Assembly (NCBI GenBank): GCA_934246625.1 | Contig: CAKQHZ010000001.1 | Coordinates: 360,001 to 392,000, forward strand | DNA from: an uncultured Alphaproteobacteria bacterium | Lineage (GTDB): Bacteria; Pseudomonadota; Alphaproteobacteria; Rs-D84; CACZYB01 | DNA: 32,000 bases | Direction: 5' to 3' | Shown here: positions 1-8,749 of the stretch, in pieces | Layout of the letters: every line of letters starts with the position of its first letter | Position numbering within the stretch: position 1 is the stretch's first letter | Translations under genes and position numbers: made by a program | Notes under the pieces: generated by a model | Told to the model about the DNA's origin: nothing | The model's input: only the letters and a program-made list of their open reading frames with translations | Databases searched by the model: none

Positions 1-34
1 TTTTGCAATAAGAACAAAAACCCAATATTATTTG

Positions 35-62
35 TTGACAAATTTATTTTTTCTGCTATATC
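35..62 (+). promoter_or_regulatory. Putative sigma70-type promoter for the 91..384 ORF
   Basis: TTGACA at 35-40, a 16-nt spacer, then TATATC at 57-62. An AAGGGG Shine-Dalgarno-like run at 79-84 precedes the ATG at 91. Pattern match only. Confidence 0.3.
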
Positions 63-90
63 TCTATTATATTATAAAAAGGGGTAAAAT

Positions 91-384
91 ATGAAAAAAC
101 AAAAAAATATAAAAGATGATTTATTAGTTAACTTATGTAATGGTTGTTCAAAAAAAGATGGTTTTTGCAAATGTTTTAATGGTAATATTTTTAATATTTA
201 CATAAAAGATATTTATGCAAAAAAAGAAATTAAAAAAATTATTGTTGAAGGGGTTATCGATGGATTACAAACCTCTGAAATTATTAAAAAAATCAATAAC
301 TTTACAAAAGATTCAATCAAAATAAAGCAAAATAAAATTACAAGAGCATTTAATATAAGTTATCAATTTTCTCGCTCTAAATAA
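91..384 (+). CDS. Small (97 aa) Cys-rich protein with a possible C-terminal LuxR/GerE-like helix-turn-helix
   Basis: Good SD and ATG. N-terminal CNGC...CKC cysteine cluster. The C-terminal segment DGLQTSEIIKKINNFTKDSIKIKQNKITRAFNIS follows the G-x-S/T-x-x-E-I-x-x-x-L...T-V/I-K...I-x-x-K/A pattern of GerE-type HTH domains. The 3' end overlaps the convergent miaB by 8 nt. Confidence 0.5.
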   Translation: MKKQKNIKDDLLVNLCNGCSKKDGFCKCFNGNIFNIYIKDIYAKKEIKKIIVEGVIDGLQTSEIIKKINNFTKDSIKIKQNKITRAFNISYQFSRSK

Positions 385-1750
385 TTTCTCCTTTTAAGTT
401 GGCATAATTACCTGATGTAATTTTTACATTTTGAATTGTGCCAATTAAATTTTTATCGGCTTTGACTATTACCGGTTGAAGATATTCGTTTTTACCAATA
501 ATATATTGCTCATCAACCTTTGATATATCCGTAAATAAAACCTGCATAACTTTACCAACACAAGATTTATTAAAAGCATCTTGTTGCTTTCTTAATTCTT
601 GTTGAAGAAGACGAAGTCGTTCTGCCTTTACCTTATTATCAATTTGTCCGTCCATTGTTGCCGCAGGTGTATGGGGACGAGGTGAGTATTTGAAAGCATA
701 GCATTGTATAAACTTTACTTTTTTCACCATATCCAAAGTTTGCTGAAAATCCTCCTCTGTTTCAGTTGGAAAACCAACAATAAAATCAGATGAAATTTGA
801 ATTTCTGGATTTGCTGTTTTTAATTTTTCAATTATTTCAAGATATTTTTCACGAGTATATTTACGATTCATTTTATGCAAAATTTCATTGCTTCCAGATT
901 GAATTGGTAAATAAACAAGTGGCATAAGTTTTTTTTCTGATTTGTGAAGTTCAATCATATCGTTTGTAATTTTTGATGGATATGATGTTGTATAACGAAT
1001 CCTTTGTATATTTGGAAGTTTGGCAACTTTTGCAATTAAATCACCAAGTGTTGATGGTTTACCATTTTCATCAACACCATTAAAGCTGTCGACATTTTGA
1101 CCCAATAAATTTATTTCAACAACACCCAAATCATTAAGATGTTTTGCTTCGTTCATAATATCTGCTATGGCTCGAGATACTTCACGACCACGTGTATTTG
1201 GCACAACACAATAAGTGCAGAAGTTATCACAACCTTCTTGGACTTGGATAAATGCAACCTTATCAGATTTTTCAAGTGGTGGAAGGCAATCAAATTTTTC
1301 AAGACCTGATAATTCTGTATTTATTAAATGAAGTGGTTTTTTCTTTTTACCCTTTGGTGGAATTTGATTTCTATCTTCAATTACCTGATGTAAAAAATCT
1401 GGTAATAGGTGATATTTTTGTGAAGAAAGAACAATAGATACAAAAGGTGCACGTTTGAAAATGTTTTCACCTTCGGCCTTTGCAACACAACCAAGTATTG
1501 CAAAAATAGGCAAAGTTTTTTTATTTTTTTCGTAAAGTTTTCTAAGTCTTCCTATTTCTGAAAAAATTTTTGCACTTGCCTTTTCTCTTATATAACAAGT
1601 ATTGAAAATGATAATATCAGCATTAGTTTCACAATCAGATGAACAAAAACCCTGTTCGATTAAATGATGTGTAATACGAACAGAATCATAGGCATTCATT
1701 TGACAACCAAATGATTTTAAGTGAAATATATGTTGACCATTTTCGTTCAT
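377..1750 (-). CDS. miaB: tRNA-i6A37 methylthiotransferase MiaB (radical SAM)
   Basis: N-terminal FGCQMNAYDS motif of the UPF0004 domain, radical-SAM CDNFCTYC cluster, a TRAM-like C-terminus and a typical length of 457 aa. Confidence 0.85.
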   Translation of the reverse strand: MNENGQHIFHLKSFGCQMNAYDSVRITHHLIEQGFCSSDCETNADIIIFNTCYIREKASAKIFSEIGRLRKLYEKNKKTLPIFAILGCVAKAEGENIFKRAPFVSIVLSSQKYHLLPDFLHQVIEDRNQIPPKGKKKKPLHLINTELSGLEKFDCLPPLEKSDKVAFIQVQEGCDNFCTYCVVPNTRGREVSRAIADIMNEAKHLNDLGVVEINLLGQNVDSFNGVDENGKPSTLGDLIAKVAKLPNIQRIRYTTSYPSKITNDMIELHKSEKKLMPLVYLPIQSGSNEILHKMNRKYTREKYLEIIEKLKTANPEIQISSDFIVGFPTETEEDFQQTLDMVKKVKFIQCYAFKYSPRPHTPAATMDGQIDNKVKAERLRLLQQELRKQQDAFNKSCVGKVMQVLFTDISKVDEQYIIGKNEYLQPVIVKADKNLIGTIQNVKITSGNYANLKGEII

Positions 1751-1799
1751 TTTCGTTTTACCTTTGCTTTTTATTTTTTCATATCACTAAAATATTATT

Positions 1800-1821
1800 A
1801 AGGGGAATTAACTTTCCCCTT
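1800..1821 (-). terminator. Perfect 7-bp hairpin between gatB and miaB (weak terminator or attenuator)
   Basis: AAGGGGA (1800-1806) pairs with TCCCCTT (1815-1821) around an 8-nt loop, immediately downstream of the gatB stop. The T-tract on the minus strand is poor (AATAATATTTT), so termination is probably partial if it occurs at all. Confidence 0.3.
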
Positions 1822-1825
1822 TTAA

Positions 1826-3292
1826 CTAACCTAATTTTTGTTTTAAAATTTGGTTCACGATTTGTGGGTTTGCTTGACCTTTCATTGCCTTTAAGGTTTG
1901 ACCAACGAACCAACCGAAAAGTTGAACCTTTCCACCCTTATAAGCATTTACATTGTCAGGTGATGATGCAATAATTTCATCAATCACTTTTTCAATGGCT
2001 GAAGTATCAGATACTTGTTTCAAACCTTTTGCTTCAACAATTTTACGTGGAGATTTTTCATCACCTTCATACATAAACTTGAAAACATCTTTTGCTATTT
2101 TACCACTGATAGTGCCGTCCTTGATTAAATCAACAAGTTCACCAAGAGAGCTTGCTGGAATTGGACTTTCTTTAATATCCTTGCCTTCTTTGTTAAGCAC
2201 AGCAAAAAGTTCTGTTTGCATCCAGTTTGCAATCATTTTTCCATCACGAGCTTTGTCTTTGCCAATGGCTTCTTCAAAATATTCTGCAATTTCACGTTCA
2301 CTTGTCAAAATATCAGCATCGTAATCTGAAAGTTTGTATTCTTCTATAAATCTTTTTCTTTTTGCATCTGGAAGTTCTGGCATAGATGCCTTGATTCTTT
2401 CAACTAAACCTTCTTCCAAAACAAGTGGCATAATATCTGGGTCTGGGAAATAGCGATAATCTATTGCATTTTCCTTGCTTCGCATAGAACGAGTTGTGCC
2501 AGTATTTGCATCAAACAACCTTGTTTCTTGGGTGATTTTGCCACCATCTTCAAGAATTTCAAGTTGACGATTTGCTTCATATTCGATTGCTTGGATTGCA
2601 AAACGAACAGAGTTCACATTTTTGGTTTCTGTTCGAATTCCAAATGTTTCACTTCCCTTTTCACGAAGAGAAATGTTTATATCGCAACGCATAGAACCTT
2701 CGTCCATATTTCCATCACAAGTTCCAAGATAACGAACAAGAGAACGAATCTTTTTAATGTATTCGCCTGCTTCATAAGGACTTGCGATATCTGGTTTTGA
2801 AACTATTTCCATTAAGGCTACACCTGCACGGTTAAAATCAACCATTGATTTTGTTGGTGATAAGTCATGAGTTAATTTTCCAGCATCTTGTTCAACATGA
2901 AGTTTTTCAATACGAATCTTTTTTGTAATACCCTCTTCGTTAATAATTTCAACCCAACCATCACTTACAATAGGGTGAAATTGTTGTGTGATTTGATAAC
3001 CTGTTGGAAGGTCGGCATAAAAATAATGCTTTCTATCAAAAACTGATTTCTTATTGATTTTTGCATTTAAGCCCAAACCTGTCTTAATTGCTTGTTCAAT
3101 ACAAAATTTATTTATAACTGGAAGTTGTCCTGGGAATCCAGCATCAAAAAATGAAACATGTGTATTTGGAAGAGCACCAAATTTTGTTGAACTTTTTGAA
3201 AAAAGTTTAGAATCACTTATTACCTGGCAATGGATTTCCAAACCAATATTCATTTCATATTCTTTGTTTTTTCCTTTTAAAATATATGTCAT
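1826..3292 (-). CDS. gatB: Asp/Glu-tRNA amidotransferase subunit B
   Basis: IGLEIHCQV N-terminal signature and a GatB/YqeY C-terminal domain (FGWFVGQTLKAMKGQANP). 488 aa, lying 3 nt downstream of gatA. Confidence 0.95.
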   Translation of the reverse strand: MTYILKGKNKEYEMNIGLEIHCQVISDSKLFSKSSTKFGALPNTHVSFFDAGFPGQLPVINKFCIEQAIKTGLGLNAKINKKSVFDRKHYFYADLPTGYQITQQFHPIVSDGWVEIINEEGITKKIRIEKLHVEQDAGKLTHDLSPTKSMVDFNRAGVALMEIVSKPDIASPYEAGEYIKKIRSLVRYLGTCDGNMDEGSMRCDINISLREKGSETFGIRTETKNVNSVRFAIQAIEYEANRQLEILEDGGKITQETRLFDANTGTTRSMRSKENAIDYRYFPDPDIMPLVLEEGLVERIKASMPELPDAKRKRFIEEYKLSDYDADILTSEREIAEYFEEAIGKDKARDGKMIANWMQTELFAVLNKEGKDIKESPIPASSLGELVDLIKDGTISGKIAKDVFKFMYEGDEKSPRKIVEAKGLKQVSDTSAIEKVIDEIIASSPDNVNAYKGGKVQLFGWFVGQTLKAMKGQANPQIVNQILKQKLG

Positions 3293-3295
3293 CTT

Positions 3296-4768
3296 CTATT
3301 CTCCCATTACCTTTGATGGTGTGTTATCAAATTTTGAAATATCTTCAAGATGATGTGCAAACTTGAATACAGTTTCTTCATCAAACTTTCTTCCAATAAG
3401 TTGTAAACCAAGTGGTAAATTATTTTTATCTTTGCCAACAGGAATACTTATAGCAGGAAGTCCAGCTAAACTTGCACCAACGGTGTATATATCGTTCAAG
3501 TATATATCAAGTGGTGATAATTTATCATTCTTTGAAAATGCACTACCTGTTGCAGATGGTGTTAAAATTACATCAACTTGTTTAAATACATCATCAAATT
3601 CATTGCAAATAAGACGGCGAGTTTTTAATGCCTTTAGATATGAACGTTCATAAAATTCTTCGGTCAAAATTGTTGAACCTATCAAAAGACGTTTTTTTAC
3701 TTCGGCACCAAAACCTTCGGTTCTTGTAAGTTCATACATTTCATCAAGAGAATGGAAAGGTTTATCAGTTCTGTATCCATATTTTACACCATCATATCTT
3801 GCAAGATTTGATGATGCTTCAGCTGGTGCAATAATGTAATAAACTGGAAGTGAATATTTTGTATGTGGAAGTGAAATATCAACTATTTCAGCACCCAAAC
3901 TTTCAAGTTCCTTTGCACGTTCGTCCCAAAGTTTTTGAACTTCTGGATTTAATTTATCACTTTTGTATTCGTTTGGAATACCAATTTTTAAACCCTTTAT
4001 ACTTTGACCTAACGCCTTTGTAAAATCAGGGACTTCACGAGGAGCAGTTGTTGGATCCTTTTCATCTTGACCTGAAATCACATTTAAAAGAAGTGCGTTA
4101 TCAGCAACTGTTCTTCCAATTACACCTGGAACATCAAGTGATGATGCAAATGCAACTATACCATAACGAGATGCACGACCATAAGTTGGCTTTATTCCAA
4201 CAAGTCCACAAAATGATGATGGTTGACGAATAGAACCACCAGTATCAGAACCAGTTGCCGCCATTGCTTGACCTGATGCAACAGCAGATGCAGAACCACC
4301 AGAAGAACCACCAGGAACCAAATCTTCACCATTTCTTTTGTATGGATTTTTTACCTCGCCAAAATATGAAGTCAAGTTTGTTGAACCCATCGCAAATTCA
4401 TCTAATGATGTTTTTCCAAGCATAGTAATACCTGATTTTAAAAGTTTATCAGATACAGTTGATTCATATTCAGGGATAAAGTTTTCAAGCATTTTTGATG
4501 ATGCTGTTGTTCGAACTCCCTTTGTGCAAAATAAATCCTTTATTGCCATAGGGATTCCTTCAAGAGCACGGGCTTTGTCCTGTGCAATATTTTCATCGGC
4601 AACTTTGGCTTGCTTTAATGCAAGTTCCGGTGTTTCAGTTACATAGGCATTAAGTGATTTATATTTTTCCATATTATCAATGTATGCCTTTGTAAGTTCA
4701 ACGGCAGAAATTTCCTTTTTCTTTAATAAATTTTTTGCTTCTGTTATTGTTAAATCTGTTAATTTCAT
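3296..4768 (-). CDS. gatA: Asp/Glu-tRNA amidotransferase subunit A (amidase family)
   Basis: Amidase signature GGSSGGSASAVA and GSDTGGSIRQPSSFCG. 490 aa. Confidence 0.95.
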   Translation of the reverse strand: MKLTDLTITEAKNLLKKKEISAVELTKAYIDNMEKYKSLNAYVTETPELALKQAKVADENIAQDKARALEGIPMAIKDLFCTKGVRTTASSKMLENFIPEYESTVSDKLLKSGITMLGKTSLDEFAMGSTNLTSYFGEVKNPYKRNGEDLVPGGSSGGSASAVASGQAMAATGSDTGGSIRQPSSFCGLVGIKPTYGRASRYGIVAFASSLDVPGVIGRTVADNALLLNVISGQDEKDPTTAPREVPDFTKALGQSIKGLKIGIPNEYKSDKLNPEVQKLWDERAKELESLGAEIVDISLPHTKYSLPVYYIIAPAEASSNLARYDGVKYGYRTDKPFHSLDEMYELTRTEGFGAEVKKRLLIGSTILTEEFYERSYLKALKTRRLICNEFDDVFKQVDVILTPSATGSAFSKNDKLSPLDIYLNDIYTVGASLAGLPAISIPVGKDKNNLPLGLQLIGRKFDEETVFKFAHHLEDISKFDNTPSKVMGE

Positions 4769-4793
4769 TTTCGTTTTCCTTTGTTAAATAATC

Positions 4794-6341
4794 TTATAAA
4801 TCAACTTTCTTTGTTTTGCCTGTTTTTGCCCAAAGTTCCATTATAAATTTAAGGCAAGTAATATTTGTAAATAATGATGCAAGGATACCCATAATAAGTG
4901 TAACTGCAAATCCCTTGATTGGACCAGTTCCAAATTGGAACATTATCAAACCAGATGCAAGTGTTGTTATATTACTATCCATAATAGCAGAAAAAGCATT
5001 ATCGAATCCATTTTCTATTGCCTTAATAGTGCTTACACCATCACGAGATTCTTCTCTCATTCTTTCAAAAATCAAAATATTTGCATCAACTGCCATACCT
5101 ATGTTAAGGGCTATACCCGCAATACCTGGAAGTGTTAATGTTGCACCAGTTAAAGCAAGACCAGCAAATATAAGAATTATGTTGAAAACAAGAACTATAT
5201 CTGAAAATACACCCAAAAGTCCATAAGTTATAACCATAAATACAAGAACAAGAATTAAACCTAAGATACTTGCAAAACTTCCTTTTGCAATGGAATCTGC
5301 ACCAAGTCCTGCTCCTACTGTTCTTTCTTCTACAACAGTTAATTCAGTTGGAAGAGCTCCAGAACGAAGCATAGTTGATAAATCGTTTGCTTCTTGGGTT
5401 GTAAAGTTTCCTGTGATTTGACCATAACCACCTGTAATTGGTTCTTGGATAACAGGAGCAGATAACACATGACCATCAAGAACAATAGCAAAGCGTTTTC
5501 CAACATTTTCCTTTGTTAAATTTGCAAATGCTTTGGCACCTATTGTATTAAAACTTGTTGTAACAGCAGGACGACCATTTCTGTCATAAGCAACACGAGA
5601 ATCTGTTAATGTATCACCACTTACTGCAACACGCTTTTTAATAACTATTCCATCAATAAATTCACTATCAAGAGGAATTTTGCCAGTTTGCATTGCTTCT
5701 TCGTCAACTTCATGGAAAGTCATCTTTGCAGTTTTACCAATAAGCTCCTTTACTCTGTCTGGATTATCAACGCCAGGAAGTTGAACCATTATTCGATTTT
5801 CACCTTGCTTTTGGATTGATGGCTCCTTATTTCCAAGACTATCAACACGGCGACGAACTATCTCAATAGAATTTGATAGCACATCTGTTTTAATTTTTGA
5901 AATAGATGCAGGAGAATAATAAAATTTTAATTTATTATCAACTGTTTCAATATCAACTTCGTTAGCGGTAGCATTTCTGATACGTTTTCTTGCTTCACTA
6001 ATATCATCTTTGTTTTTAATAATAACACTAACTGAATTTGATGTGCCAGTTAAGTTTGCATAAGGAAGCATTTTTTCATTTTTTTCCTTATCCCCACGAA
6101 GGACTTTTCGAACAGTATCCTTTAAAATAATATGACGTTCCTTTATAACTGCATCAGTATCAGCTTCCAACAAAATATACGCACCACCCTTTAAATCAAG
6201 ACCAAGAGCGATTTCAGAATCTTGCATAAAAGAAGGAAGTTTTAATTTTTGTTCTTCGTTTAAAAATGTTGGAATTACAAGCATTACAGAAATTATCATT
6301 ACTGATAATATAGTAAAAAATTTTAATTTAGATACTTTCAT
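4794..6341 (-). CDS. secD: Protein translocase subunit SecD
   Basis: N-terminal TM helix, GLDLKGG motif, a large periplasmic domain, then a C-terminal block of five or six TM helices ending in the typical SecD/F segment (AVDANILIFERMREE). 515 aa. Confidence 0.85.
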   Translation of the reverse strand: MKVSKLKFFTILSVMIISVMLVIPTFLNEEQKLKLPSFMQDSEIALGLDLKGGAYILLEADTDAVIKERHIILKDTVRKVLRGDKEKNEKMLPYANLTGTSNSVSVIIKNKDDISEARKRIRNATANEVDIETVDNKLKFYYSPASISKIKTDVLSNSIEIVRRRVDSLGNKEPSIQKQGENRIMVQLPGVDNPDRVKELIGKTAKMTFHEVDEEAMQTGKIPLDSEFIDGIVIKKRVAVSGDTLTDSRVAYDRNGRPAVTTSFNTIGAKAFANLTKENVGKRFAIVLDGHVLSAPVIQEPITGGYGQITGNFTTQEANDLSTMLRSGALPTELTVVEERTVGAGLGADSIAKGSFASILGLILVLVFMVITYGLLGVFSDIVLVFNIILIFAGLALTGATLTLPGIAGIALNIGMAVDANILIFERMREESRDGVSTIKAIENGFDNAFSAIMDSNITTLASGLIMFQFGTGPIKGFAVTLIMGILASLFTNITCLKFIMELWAKTGKTKKVDL

Positions 6342-6491
6342 TTAAAAAACTCCTAGTATTTGAAATATAATAGGCAAATTTTACAAAATGTAAAAGCATT
6401 TTGCAAGACTTTAATAAATCATTTTAGTATAAAATTTTTGAAAAATTTATTATTTCCTATTTTTGCAAGTGCATATAGTATTTTATACAAT

Positions 6492-6513
6492 AAAAATTCC
6501 CCAATAGGGGGAA
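6492..6513 (-). terminator. Rho-independent terminator after glgB
   Basis: Read on the minus strand: TTCCCC, loop CTATT, GGGGAA, followed by TTTTTATT. It starts 4 nt after the glgB stop codon. Confidence 0.55.
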
Positions 6514-6517
6514 AAAT

Positions 6518-8722
6518 TTACTTTCGCTTTGGTTTTAAAATTATTGTTGCAAGTGGTGGTATTGTAATATTTATTGAAAATGGTTTATCGTCCCAGCGGA
6601 TATTTTCCGTTTTAATAACACCTTCATTTTTTACACCACTTCCCATATATTCAAAATCATCTGTGTTTAAAAGTTCTGTAAATTCTGTTTCAAATGGAAC
6701 TCCAAGTCGATAATTTTCACGAACTATTGGTGTCATATTTGATACAACAACCAAATAATCCTCTGGGTTATCAGAATGACGAATAAATGGAAATACACTA
6801 TTTTCCGCATCATTATAATTTATCCATTCAAAACAAGATGGGTGAGAATTATTATCATACAAAGCATGCTCGGTTCTATAAAGTTCATTTAATCGACGAA
6901 TCAATTTTTGTATTGATTTATTGTATGGGTCAACTGTGATATGCCAATCAAGACTTTGATTTTCGTTCCACTCATTATATTGTGCGAATTCGTCCCCTTG
7001 GAAAATAAGTTTGCGTCCAGGGAAAGCCCACATATAACCATAAAAAGCACGCAAATTTGCAAACTTTTGCCATTTATCTCCAGGCATTTTATTTATCAAT
7101 GATGCCTTGCAATGAACTACTTCATCGTGTGAAATTGAAAGGACAAAATTTTCTGTAAAAGCATACATTATGCAATGCGTCATTTGGTAATGATGATATT
7201 TTCGATAGATTGGTTCCTTGCTCATATAATCAAGGACATCGTGCATCCAACCCATATTCCATTTATAACCGAAACCCAAACCTCCTACATCAACAGGTTT
7301 TGATACATTGCCCCAACCTGTGGACTCTTCAGCATAGGAAGCAGAGTAAGGAAATTTTCCATACATAATGGTATTTACCTTTTGAAGGAATGAAATTGCC
7401 TCTAAATTTTCACGACCACCATAAATATTTGGGACCCATTCTCCTGCTCTACGGCTGTAATCCAAATAAAGCATAGAAGCAACCGCATCAAAACGAAGAC
7501 CATCAACCTTAAATTCATCAAGCCAGTATGTAGCTGATGCAATAAGGAAATTTACAACTTCGTTTCTTCCGTAATCATAAATCTTTGTGCCCCAATCCTT
7601 ATGCTCACCCTTACGGTCATCTGCATATTCATAAAGTGGACGACCATCAAATAAGGCAAGCCCATTTGAATCCTTTGGGAAATGGGCGGCTACCCAATCA
7701 AGTATGACACCTAAGCCCGCATTATGTGCTTGTTCCACAAAATATTTGAAATCATCAGGATTGCCGAATCGTGAGGTAGGAGCAAACATACCTGTAGTTT
7801 GATAACCCCATGAACCATCAAATGGATATTCCATTATTGGCATAAGTTCAATGTGTGTAAAGCCCATCCATTTAACATAAGGAATCAGGTCGTGTGCTAG
7901 CTCTCTATAACTTAAATATTGATTACCATCTTTTCGTTTCCATGAACCAAGATGTGCTTCGTAAATAGAAATAGGAGCAGAATTGCTGTTGATAGTGTGC
8001 TTTTCTTCATCCCATTTTTTGTTTGTGCTCCATTTATATTTTTTTCTGTCCCAAACAATAGATGCGGTATGTGGACGAAGTTCCTGATAAAAACCATAAG
8101 GGTCAGATTTTAATGGAAGAAGACGACCCTCTTTTGAAATAAGTTCAAATTTATACAATGTGCCTTCTGTTAAATGCGGAATAAAAATATCCCAAATACC
8201 ACTTACTGGATGTTTTCTCATTACATGAATACGACCGTCCCAATGATTAAATTCACCCACTACACTCACTCTATAAGCATCAGGAGCCCACACAGCAAAT
8301 GAAACTCCATCAACACCATTTAATGATGTAAGTTGTGCTCCCATCTTTTTATAAAGTTCAAAGTGATTACCTTCTCTTAACAAATAATTATCAAATTCAC
8401 CAATGATTGCAGGAAAAGAATAAACATCATCAACCACAGATTCATTCCCATCAAAATCGGTTATAAGGAATTTATAGTTTGTTGTATCTTCTGGAACAAA
8501 AATTTCGAAAAGCCCATCTTTGTGTATTCGTTCCATCGGAATTTCCATAGGAGTATCTTTTGCAATTAACTCTATTTCTTTTGCAAATGGTTGAAAGGTT
8601 CGTATTACGGCTGACTTTTTTTTGTTATCAAGTTTATGAAAACCTAAAAAAGCAAATGGGTCATCACATCTTCCATTAACGATATTGATGATTTCTTCGT
8701 TTGATAAAAATTTTGCAACCAT
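6518..8722 (-). CDS. glgB: 1,4-alpha-glucan branching enzyme (GH13)
   Basis: GH13 catalytic motifs DWVAAHF, GLRFDAVASMLY, YAEESTGW and SHDEVVH. 734 aa with the N-terminal CBM48-like region. Confidence 0.95.
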   Translation of the reverse strand: MVAKFLSNEEIINIVNGRCDDPFAFLGFHKLDNKKKSAVIRTFQPFAKEIELIAKDTPMEIPMERIHKDGLFEIFVPEDTTNYKFLITDFDGNESVVDDVYSFPAIIGEFDNYLLREGNHFELYKKMGAQLTSLNGVDGVSFAVWAPDAYRVSVVGEFNHWDGRIHVMRKHPVSGIWDIFIPHLTEGTLYKFELISKEGRLLPLKSDPYGFYQELRPHTASIVWDRKKYKWSTNKKWDEEKHTINSNSAPISIYEAHLGSWKRKDGNQYLSYRELAHDLIPYVKWMGFTHIELMPIMEYPFDGSWGYQTTGMFAPTSRFGNPDDFKYFVEQAHNAGLGVILDWVAAHFPKDSNGLALFDGRPLYEYADDRKGEHKDWGTKIYDYGRNEVVNFLIASATYWLDEFKVDGLRFDAVASMLYLDYSRRAGEWVPNIYGGRENLEAISFLQKVNTIMYGKFPYSASYAEESTGWGNVSKPVDVGGLGFGYKWNMGWMHDVLDYMSKEPIYRKYHHYQMTHCIMYAFTENFVLSISHDEVVHCKASLINKMPGDKWQKFANLRAFYGYMWAFPGRKLIFQGDEFAQYNEWNENQSLDWHITVDPYNKSIQKLIRRLNELYRTEHALYDNNSHPSCFEWINYNDAENSVFPFIRHSDNPEDYLVVVSNMTPIVRENYRLGVPFETEFTELLNTDDFEYMGSGVKNEGVIKTENIRWDDKPFSINITIPPLATIILKPKRK

Positions 8723-8749
8723 TTTACGTCCCTCCTCCTTTTAATTACA

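Noticed and set aside
1953-2324. Antisense shadow ORFs inside well-supported genes. Examples are 1252..1437, 1711..1974, 1953..2324, 2528..2800, 3054..3353, 3363..3653, 4338..4646, 4816..5226, 6360..6713, 14894..15139, 19851..20117, 22112..22387, 24606..24971, 25975..26271, 26198..26509 and 31255..31482
   Set aside because: Each lies opposite, or out of frame within, a gene with clear conserved motifs. Their translations are low-complexity or serine/leucine/phenylalanine-rich, as expected from antisense reading of AT-rich codons, and none has a convincing SD.
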